Positions 19,324 to 27,006 of a DNA stretch of 64,000 nucleotides are shown one piece after another. The notes below the pieces were generated by a model that was given only the letters and a program-made list of their open reading frames with translations, had not been told where the DNA came from and searched no databases. The stretch covers positions 3,006,093 to 3,070,092 of the forward strand of contig OZ241347.1 in assembly GCA_965200295.1 (NCBI GenBank), in the 5' to 3' direction. A program made the translations under genes and the position numbers. The first letter of the stretch is position 1. The number at the start of each line of letters is the position of its first letter. This DNA comes from Gammaproteobacteria bacterium. GTDB lineage: Bacteria > Pseudomonadota > Gammaproteobacteria > Eutrophobiales > Eutrophobiaceae.

Positions 19324-19584
19324 TTATTTGACAATCGTCAATTGCCATTCATCATCCTTATTTTTCTGATACAGCCAGACTTCACTTTTTTCTAATCCCC
19401 TCTCTTTATAATCCACTTGAAAGTAAACATTATCAGAATCGCCTTCTAGAATGCCGATTGATACCAATGTTGCCCATGGATGGTCTTGCCTGAATTTGTC
19501 TTCAACTTCTCCAACGGTTACTATGTCACAGGCTGCTAGTATTAGAACCAAAAGTGAGAAACCAAAAATCCGTCTGGCAATCAT
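19324..19584 (-). CDS. Small lipoprotein, putative immunity for the tip of RHS 19581..23234
   Basis: 86 aa with 'FGFSLLVLILAACD' (lipobox LAAC). Start overlaps the RHS stop. Confidence 0.6.
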   Translation of the reverse strand: MIARRIFGFSLLVLILAACDIVTVGEVEDKFRQDHPWATLVSIGILEGDSDNVYFQVDYKERGLEKSEVWLYQKNKDDEWQLTIVK

Positions 19585-22500
19585 GGGCCATGTCCCTCTG
19601 TGTTAGCAGCTTTAATACCCTTCTCGTTCGCTATTAGATCATCTATAGAAAACGCCCAAGGGCGGCTCCCATCCAACCTAGAAGGCAAATCTCGGACATC
19701 ATACAAGATTAGTCCCTGCAACTCATTGACGATACCAGCGGTTCTTACCAACCCTCCTCCATATTTAAGTGTCAATTCATAGCTTACTGCCTTGTGCCTA
19801 ATTTCGGAATTATCATGCCCTGGAAAATTTTTGTGCCCCCTTGAACGCGTCTCATTAAAATCATCATATACATTTGTGTATTTATCATATTCATCTCCAA
19901 CCCAGATCCTTGCCCTTTTAATCCAGTTTTCTACTTTTTCAAAAATACTTCTATGATCTATCAGCTGTGAACCTTGCGCCCGTGCCGCCGACGTTTCCGC
20001 ATTAAACAACTGCGCCATCGCCGCGGTCAACGCCCCGTTAGCAAACTTGCCGCCGGTGATACGGGAGATGGTGCCACCCACCACAGCCGCTATGGTGGTA
20101 CGACCAATAACCGCCGGGGCGCTGACGTCTCGATAGGCGAACCGCCCCATCACCGCCTTGGACAAACCCGCCGCTAAGAACCCGTTGCCGAACTGCCCGC
20201 CCTGCAACTCGGCCAGAACACCCCCGGCCAAACCATGGGTCAGGACATGACCGGCGCCGCCCGCAGGCAGCCCCGTGAGCGCCGTGAAATGCTCCCCTAT
20301 CCCATAGAACGCCGCCGCACTGATACCCCCGAACAAAGCGCCCTTGACCGAGCCGGTGGCAATGCCACCGGTGACAAACCCGAACTGAAAAGCGCTCAGC
20401 CAGGACTGGAAGACCCAAGCCTGTACGCCTGGTATCGCCAGCAAGGCAATGCTTAAAAACGGCGCAAAGTCCCCGAACACCTTGTTCAAGCCCTTAAACA
20501 GCTTCCCGATAAAATACCCACTGGGATCGGTGTAGGTCAAGGGGTTGTTCAGCACATAGCTGTAGCGGTTCTGACCCTGGGTATAGTGGGGAAACTGGAT
20601 AATGGGATCTGCTTGTAAGAACCGACCGAGCTTCGGGTCATAAATGCGCCCGTTCATGTGGATTAAACCGTGAGCATCGAGCATCTCATGGCCGGTGTAG
20701 CCGCGTGCGGTGAAGCGGGTGTGCAACGGACTGGTCAGGGTGAGCTGGGCCAGTATCTCACTGTTGTCCGGGTCGATGCGCTGGCCCCAGGCGTCATAGC
20801 GCAGGCGCTGTAAGATAACGCCGTCGGAGTCCACCACACCGACCACGCTGTCGAGGTGGTCTTTGAGATAATAGCGGGTGTCGTTAGCCGTGCGCGTCCC
20901 GGCCTTGTTGTGTTGCTGGGTGATGAGTACTGTCCCCCCGGCCAGCGTGCGCCGGTAGGTGCTGGCGCCGTCGGCGGCGATGACATGCTCCACGGCGCCG
21001 AGATAGACCGTGGTCGTGGTACTCGTGCCCTGACCGGTGCGTACCGTGTCCGTGCGGGTGCTGCGGCTGCGGTCGGGGCCGTAAACAAAGGTGGTGGCGT
21101 GTGTGCCCCGGGTGATGCCAGCCACCTTGTTAAAAGCCGTGTAGGTCAGCGTGCGCCTGGCGCCGCTGAGTTGGTTGCCGTTAGCATCGTAGGTGTAGGT
21201 ATCCGTGCCGGCCTGTACTACGGCATGTGGGCCGGGGGTGCTCGCGTCCGTGCTGCCGTAGGTGTACACGCCCACCCCGCTCTTGCGGGTGATGTTGCCC
21301 TGAGCGTCGTAGTCCACAGTGCGGGTGATGCTGGTCCGGCCACCGGCAGTCCAGGCCCGCACCAGACGATTGTGGCGGTCGTAGCTGAGATACTCGCCGA
21401 ACCGGATAGCGCCCGCCTGCCAGGCGCGCTGACTTAAGTTGCCGAGCACATCCCAGCCGTAGCTGTCCTTCTGCAAGCGCACACGCATGGCCGTGTGGGC
21501 AGTAATCAGACCCACGCGCCCGGTGCTGTCCGAAATGCTGCGCACCGTACTGACCGCACCGCCGCCTAAGGTCTCCCGGGTAACCTGCCCGCGCGCGTTG
21601 CGATGGTTGATGGTGCGATACACGGCGCGTGGGCGGTTGTGCTCCTGCACCCCGTCGGTCCAGCGATACGCATGGCCCCACTGATTATACTGCACCGCCA
21701 CCACGTTATCCGTCCAGTCGGCCCGCTGCCGGGCCGCATCGAAGGTCTGATACGGACGCCCGTATTCATCGAAGGTCTGGCGGCTGTGGTAGGTCTTCGC
21801 CGTAGCGCCGACGCGCACGGTGGTCTCGGTCATGGCAGGACGCCCCAGCCTGTCATAGCGGTGCGCGCGAACATAGCCGCTACGGGTGTCTGCGACCCGG
21901 CTGAGTTGCCCCAGACCATTAGCCGCCGTGTCATACGTCCAGGTCACCTCGGACTCAATATCCGGCTTGGTATCCGCATCAGCGCCATCCGGCACTGTGT
22001 CCCGGCGCGTCAGCGGGCGACCCAGGGCATCATAAGTCAGCGCTTGGACATTGCCCACCGCATCGGTCTGTTTGACCAGTTCGTCAAAGCCGTTATACGT
22101 GTAGTGGGTCACACCCCGGTTTGGATCTGTTTCCTTGACACGTCGCCCGCGCAGGTCGTAGGCCCAGGCCACGGTCATGGCAGTATCGCCCGTGCCGGTG
22201 GCAGTCGCCACCACCTGCCCCCAGGCGTCGTAACGGTGCGTGACCGGCGTGCCCGCCGCATCGGTAGTCTTAATCACCTCGCCTAAGGCATTGCGGGTCT
22301 CGACGCTGGCCTGATTCTTGCCGTTGACGGTCTTAGCGCTCATGCCCTGATAAGTCATTGTGAGCCGGCTGTTGTGTCCGGCGCTGTAGTCAGGCAGGGT
22401 GGTCTGTGTCACCCGACCCAGCAGGTCGTAGGTGTGGACCGTGCGATACACCGTACCCCCGACATAGTACGGCTCGCTCTGCCGGGCCACCCGGCCCAAG

Positions 22501-23234
22501 GCATCATAGTCCGTGTCGGTATGTACCCACTGCCCGCCAAAGCCGCGCCGGGCCGTGCGCACTACCCGATCCAGCATGTCCCGATAGTCCCGGCTGCCCC
22601 CGCCGCCGGACAGCCGGGTCTCGGTGTACCAGGCCGCCTGACCGGGACAGTGAGACACCCCGGCACAGGCCGCCCGCAGCGCGCCGGTGTGAGAACCGTC
22701 AGCGGTGTGCGTAAAATACAACCGTCCCCCGGCCGTGTAGTGGTAGGTGGTCTTGAGACTGGCTGTCACCGCATAGCTGCCGTTAACATCCAACACCTGC
22801 TCGGATTGGGTCGGCAGTCCGTGGGCGTTATAGGCGCGGGTCCGGCGCAACGGGCGACCCAGGCAGTCTTTTTCCAGTGTCACAAACCGCCCAGCGCTGT
22901 CGTACTCTGTTGTGTCGATGTTGCAACGGGTGACGCCGGCGGCGGTGACCGCAGCCCGGATGCGGTGGCCGAACTTGTCATAGTCATAGGTGGCGGTGTG
23001 TTTGAGGTCGGTCTTATCCGGCTCCCGTACCTCAGTCTTGAGCAAGCCTTTGCGGTGACCGCTGGTGTAGTAGCTGAACTCGGCGGTGCGGCTTGCCGTG
23101 AACTCGGTGCCGACCATGGTGTTCCTGACGCCGCTCTCGATGCCGGCAACGGGTAGATCATTAGTTGGGCAGTTCAATCCTTGTCGGGTGGATATTAGCT
23201 TGAGTTGGCTCAATCCCTTACATGCCCCAAGCAT
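19581..23234 (-). CDS. N-truncated RHS repeat protein (orphan) with an uncharacterized C-terminal toxin domain
   Basis: 1217 aa. Identity with the main RHS begins at 'TASRTAEFSYYTSGHRKG'. It has a unique 45-aa N-terminus and a unique tip '...SRGHKNFPGHDNSEIRHKAVSYELTLKYGGG...'. Confidence 0.8.
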   Translation of the reverse strand: MLGACKGLSQLKLISTRQGLNCPTNDLPVAGIESGVRNTMVGTEFTASRTAEFSYYTSGHRKGLLKTEVREPDKTDLKHTATYDYDKFGHRIRAAVTAAGVTRCNIDTTEYDSAGRFVTLEKDCLGRPLRRTRAYNAHGLPTQSEQVLDVNGSYAVTASLKTTYHYTAGGRLYFTHTADGSHTGALRAACAGVSHCPGQAAWYTETRLSGGGGSRDYRDMLDRVVRTARRGFGGQWVHTDTDYDALGRVARQSEPYYVGGTVYRTVHTYDLLGRVTQTTLPDYSAGHNSRLTMTYQGMSAKTVNGKNQASVETRNALGEVIKTTDAAGTPVTHRYDAWGQVVATATGTGDTAMTVAWAYDLRGRRVKETDPNRGVTHYTYNGFDELVKQTDAVGNVQALTYDALGRPLTRRDTVPDGADADTKPDIESEVTWTYDTAANGLGQLSRVADTRSGYVRAHRYDRLGRPAMTETTVRVGATAKTYHSRQTFDEYGRPYQTFDAARQRADWTDNVVAVQYNQWGHAYRWTDGVQEHNRPRAVYRTINHRNARGQVTRETLGGGAVSTVRSISDSTGRVGLITAHTAMRVRLQKDSYGWDVLGNLSQRAWQAGAIRFGEYLSYDRHNRLVRAWTAGGRTSITRTVDYDAQGNITRKSGVGVYTYGSTDASTPGPHAVVQAGTDTYTYDANGNQLSGARRTLTYTAFNKVAGITRGTHATTFVYGPDRSRSTRTDTVRTGQGTSTTTTVYLGAVEHVIAADGASTYRRTLAGGTVLITQQHNKAGTRTANDTRYYLKDHLDSVVGVVDSDGVILQRLRYDAWGQRIDPDNSEILAQLTLTSPLHTRFTARGYTGHEMLDAHGLIHMNGRIYDPKLGRFLQADPIIQFPHYTQGQNRYSYVLNNPLTYTDPSGYFIGKLFKGLNKVFGDFAPFLSIALLAIPGVQAWVFQSWLSAFQFGFVTGGIATGSVKGALFGGISAAAFYGIGEHFTALTGLPAGGAGHVLTHGLAGGVLAELQGGQFGNGFLAAGLSKAVMGRFAYRDVSAPAVIGRTTIAAVVGGTISRITGGKFANGALTAAMAQLFNAETSAARAQGSQLIDHRSIFEKVENWIKRARIWVGDEYDKYTNVYDDFNETRSRGHKNFPGHDNSEIRHKAVSYELTLKYGGGLVRTAGIVNELQGLILYDVRDLPSRLDGSRPWAFSIDDLIANEKGIKAANTEGHGP

Positions 23235-23361
23235 TTTTTTCTATACTCACTGACCCGCTATAATAAGGGAGACGCTAAATATGATTGGATAAAAATGACG
23301 ACCCCAAATCGCTTTAGATAACGTACCCCGCATAATGATGTTCTTCCCAAGCAGATCAGCT

Positions 23362-23700
23362 TCACCTTCCATTCAAAAAGACTATCTGAACTTTATCTAC
23401 ATCAGCTACGATTGTCTCATTTAGTTCAGATAATGTCTCACGGGTCCCAACAACAATAGGCAAATTTAATCTAAAAACATAAATAATAAGATATTCATCA
23501 ATGTCCGGTGTTTCACCGTAATTTGGCGATCCAAACCTATGCTCCAGTTCTATTATGCCTGCAAGTTCAACTATTTCGGGCTCATAAGGATAGCTTCCTG
23601 CCGAAACCACACAGCCACTCTGAATTACAATCACAAATATCAATGTCAATGTCTTAATAGCGCGCTTACTCATTGATATATCACCGTTCCTACACGCCAA
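23362..23700 (-). CDS. Lipoprotein (probable start 23673, 'MSKRAIKTLTLIFVIVIQSGC'). Putative immunity for the IS-disrupted tip of 25075..26403
   Basis: Lipobox 'QSGC' and low GC. Overlaps the end of relic ORF 23670..23897 that lies between it and the IS. Confidence 0.5.
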   Translation of the reverse strand: MACRNGDISMSKRAIKTLTLIFVIVIQSGCVVSAGSYPYEPEIVELAGIIELEHRFGSPNYGETPDIDEYLIIYVFRLNLPIVVGTRETLSELNETIVADVDKVQIVFLNGR

Positions 23701-23897
23701 CCCTCCACTCGTTCTATGGCACCCGTAAGATCGTTAAGTTGTTGTGTATTAAGAGCATCCATTCTTGTACCACCACTTAATCCCGTAAATTTCCGAATTA
23801 GTGTTTGGTAGTTTGTAGTATCATTTTCGGATGGAGGAGCATATGTATGAGTTATGCTCATTTCTGGTGTATGAGCTGAGTTAGTGAGGTGGCGCAC
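23670..23897 (-). pseudogene. Probable 3' remainder of the toxin tip separated from its 5' part by the IS256-family insertion
   Basis: ORF abuts the IS left end and overlaps the start of the downstream lipoprotein gene (toxin-immunity coupling). Confidence 0.35.
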
Positions 23898-23905
23898 CCG
23901 GTGTT

Positions 23906-25250
23906 GTAAAATGGTGTTTTTTTGAAGAGCAACCTACAACATAAGAGAGGTACACCACCATGCAGAACGATACTGTAGTTTCCTTAAAAAAGCCAGCAGA
24001 GGAATCAGATCCTTTGAGCAGTTTGTTACGCGACGGTGCCCGGGCGTTGTTGCACGGGGCATTAGAGGCGGAGTTGGCGACGTATTTGTCCAGGCATGCC
24101 GGTGACTGCGATGCATCGGGGCGTCGGCACTTGGTACGCAACGGGTATTTACCTGCGCGCACGGTGCTGACCGGCTTAGGTGAGGTGCCGATACGGGTGC
24201 CCAAGACGCGCGACCGGGGCGGTCAGGGTCGGCATTTTACGTCCCGGTTGTTACCGCCGTACATCAAGCGCACGACGAGCGTGGAGAGTGTGCTGCCGTG
24301 GTTGTATTTGAAGGGGGTGTCAACGGGGGACATGCGTGCGGCGTTAGCGGCGTTGCTGGGCGAGCAGGCGCAGGGGTTATCGGCGGCAACGGTGAGTCGG
24401 TTAAAGCGGGTGTGGGAGGACGAGTACCGGGTCTGGCGGGGGCGGCAGTTTACGGGTCGGCGTTACGTGTACGTGTGGGTAGACGGGATTTACTTCAATG
24501 TGCGCGGCGATGAGGCCCGGCAGTGTCTGCTGGTGATGATAGGGGTGGATGAGTGGGGCCACAAGACCTTGTTGGCGGTCGAGGACGGCTACCGGGAGTC
24601 CAAGCAGAGTTGGCGTGAACTGTTAGTGGACTTGCAAGCCCGGGGCTTTGCGCCGCCGGCGCTGGCTATCGGGGACGGGGCGCTGGGGTTCTGGGCGGCG
24701 CTGGCCGAAGTATATCCCACCACCCGCACACAGCGCTGTTGGGTGCACAAGATAGCGAATATCTTAAACAAGCTGCCCCAGGGTTTGCAGAACAAGGCCA
24801 AGGAAGGCTTACACGCCATCTGGATGGCCGAGAGCCGGGCGGCGGCGCTGGCGGCCTTGAACCGATTTATTCGCACCTATCAGGATAAGTACCCGAAGGC
24901 GACCGCCTGCCTGGACGAAGACCGGGAGGCCTTACTGGCCTTTTATGACTTCCCGGCCGCGCACTGGCAGTCCATCCGCACCACCAATCCCATTGAATCC
25001 ACGTTTGCCACCGTGCGCCTGCGTACCGCCAGGACACGAGGCTGTGTCAGCCGCACCAGCCTGCTGACCATGGTCTATAAGCTCGGATTATGCGCCGAGC
25101 AGAACTGGCGCCGGCTGCGGGGGTTCAAGCACCTGGCCGACGTGATTGAGAATGTGAAGTTTATTGACGGAGTAAAACAACAGACTATTGAACAACACCA
25201 ACGGGCCGCCTGACTATGAGGCCATACACCAGATTTGACAATAACTCCAT
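23906..25250 (+). mobile_element. IS256-family insertion sequence (boundaries approximate)
   Basis: Single 417-aa transposase plus imperfect terminal inverted repeats: left 'ggtgttgtaaaatggtgt', right (reverse complement) 'ggagttattgtcaaatctggtgtatgg'. No clean target-site duplication found. Interrupts RHS cassette 25075..26403. Confidence 0.6.
23960..25213 (+). CDS. IS256-family (Mutator-type) transposase
   Basis: 417 aa containing 'YVYVWVDGIYFNVRG', 'CWVHKIANILNKLP' and 'NPIESTFATVRLR', characteristic of IS256 transposases. Confidence 0.85.
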   Translation: MQNDTVVSLKKPAEESDPLSSLLRDGARALLHGALEAELATYLSRHAGDCDASGRRHLVRNGYLPARTVLTGLGEVPIRVPKTRDRGGQGRHFTSRLLPPYIKRTTSVESVLPWLYLKGVSTGDMRAALAALLGEQAQGLSAATVSRLKRVWEDEYRVWRGRQFTGRRYVYVWVDGIYFNVRGDEARQCLLVMIGVDEWGHKTLLAVEDGYRESKQSWRELLVDLQARGFAPPALAIGDGALGFWAALAEVYPTTRTQRCWVHKIANILNKLPQGLQNKAKEGLHAIWMAESRAAALAALNRFIRTYQDKYPKATACLDEDREALLAFYDFPAAHWQSIRTTNPIESTFATVRLRTARTRGCVSRTSLLTMVYKLGLCAEQNWRRLRGFKHLADVIENVKFIDGVKQQTIEQHQRAA

Positions 25251-26403
25251 ATGTATTGATTGCTTCATTAATGCTTAAACCTTGGTACTTATCCGTTCTA
25301 AGTAAATCAACGAGGGCCCGACGGCCTATGCTCTCACTGGGAAACACTGCGAAACCGCCCGCTTCGCCAAGAGAGCCTCTGCGTTCAGCAAAATCAGTGC
25401 TCGTAATATTACCAGGGTTATTATTGCGCCATGCTCTGGTGCCTCCAGAACGTACCTCTATCGAGCCGTCACTATATTCAATGATTACATCATTGCCATC
25501 CGCTCTTGCTGATACCGGAGCTCTGATACGTGCGTTATTAGCTGCTGCTTTCTCCGCATTAAACAACTGCGCCATCGCCGCCGTTAGCGCCCCATTAGCA
25601 AACTTGCCGCCGGTTATCCTTGAGACAGTGCCGCCCACCACAGCCGCTATGGTGGTGCGACCAATAACCGCCGGGGCGCTGAGGTCTCGGTAGGAGAACC
25701 GTCCCATCACTGCCTTGGACAAACCTGCCGCTAAGAACCCGTTGCCGAACTGCCCGCCCTGTAACTCGGCCAGAACACCCCCGGCCAAACCATGGGTCAG
25801 GACATGACCGGCGCCGCCCGCAGGCAGCCCCGTGAGCGCTGTGAAATGCTCCCCTATCCCATAGAACGCCGCCGCACTGATACCCCCGAACAAAGCGCCC
25901 TTGACCGAGCCGGTGGCAATGCCGCCGGTGACAAACCCGAACTGAAAGGCACTCAGCCAGGACTGGAAGACCCAAGCCTGTACGCCTGGTATCGCCAGCA
26001 AGGCAATGCTCAGGAACGGCGCAACATCCCCGAACACCTTGTTTAAGCCCTTAAACAGCTTCCCGATAAAATACCCACTGGGATCGGTGTAGGTCAAGGG
26101 GTTATTGAGCACATAGCTGTAGCGGTTCTGTCCCTGGGTATAGTGGGGAAACTGAATAATCGGGTCGGCCTGTAAGAACCGACCGAGCTTCGGGTCATAA
26201 ATGCGCCCGTTCATGTGGATTAAGCCGTGAGCATCGAGCATCTCATGGCCGGTGTAGCCGCGGGGGGTGAAGCGGGTGTGCAGCGGACTGGTCAGGGTGA
26301 GCTGGGCCAGTATCTCACTGTTGTCCGGGTTGATGCGCTGGCCCCAGGCGTCATAGCGCAGGCGCTGTAAGATAACGCCATCGGAGTCCACCACACCGAC
26401 CAC
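25075..26403 (-). CDS. Orphan RHS C-terminal cassette with an uncharacterized tip, 3' end disrupted by the IS
   Basis: Begins 'VGVVDSDGVILQRLRYDAWGQRINP...'. The unique tip runs '...NARIRAPVSARADGNDVIIEYSDGSIEVRSGGTRAWRNNNPGN...EAINTY' and then reads into IS sequence from about 25250. Conserved junction upstream at 26404-26541. Confidence 0.7.
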   Translation of the reverse strand: MVGVVDSDGVILQRLRYDAWGQRINPDNSEILAQLTLTSPLHTRFTPRGYTGHEMLDAHGLIHMNGRIYDPKLGRFLQADPIIQFPHYTQGQNRYSYVLNNPLTYTDPSGYFIGKLFKGLNKVFGDVAPFLSIALLAIPGVQAWVFQSWLSAFQFGFVTGGIATGSVKGALFGGISAAAFYGIGEHFTALTGLPAGGAGHVLTHGLAGGVLAELQGGQFGNGFLAAGLSKAVMGRFSYRDLSAPAVIGRTTIAAVVGGTVSRITGGKFANGALTAAMAQLFNAEKAAANNARIRAPVSARADGNDVIIEYSDGSIEVRSGGTRAWRNNNPGNITSTDFAERRGSLGEAGGFAVFPSESIGRRALVDLLRTDKYQGLSINEAINTYGVIVKSGVWPHSQAARWCCSIVCCFTPSINFTFSITSARCLNPRSRRQFCSAHNPSL

Positions 26404-26541
26404 GCTGTCGAGGTGGTCTTTGAGATAATAGCGGGTGTCGTTGGCCGTGCGCGTCCCGGCCTTGTTGTGCTGCTGCGCCGTGCCCAGTGAGAAGGCGTGA
26501 TCAAGGGGTTAGAAATGATCATCAGGCTTTTCAGGGATGAC

Positions 26542-27006
26542 TTACCCTGATGGATGACATTCAGTTACAGGGGGGGCATCAGTATTAATTGTCGTAATCC
26601 AATACGTTGTAATATCTCCGTCTGAAATTACTCCTGTAATCCACACATGACCATGCCCAACCATCAAGCCCCGCCAAGTAAAAAATAGAGCTTCAATTTC
26701 TTGTTTCAAAATAGCTTCTTTAACATTCGAATTGAAAATAACTTCGTAGTTTTTAATAAAATCAGCTTCAGTCTCGAGTCGCAACAGCTCTCCATTTTCC
26801 AATGAAATCGATAATGGATATGCGATAAGCTCTGAAATTCGTTTCTTATTATCTACCTTTGTGGCAGCTTTTAAGGCATTTACAAATGCTACCTGTTCCG
26901 ACGCAACTTCATAGGCGGATTCAAATTCACAAGCATTAGAATTAATAGCGCCAATAACCAATATTACTAATAATATTTTCACTAACAGCCCCCTTGAAAC
27001 ATGCAC
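26542..27006 (-). CDS. Periplasmic immunity protein for the GH24 lysozyme tip (signal peptide). GTG start overlaps the toxin 3' end by 25 nt
   Basis: 154 aa beginning 'VHVSRGLLVKILLVILVIGAINSNACE...'. Low GC. Immediately downstream of the lysozyme-tipped RHS. Confidence 0.7.
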   Translation of the reverse strand: MHVSRGLLVKILLVILVIGAINSNACEFESAYEVASEQVAFVNALKAATKVDNKKRISELIAYPLSISLENGELLRLETEADFIKNYEVIFNSNVKEAILKQEIEALFFTWRGLMVGHGHVWITGVISDGDITTYWITTINTDAPPVTECHPSG

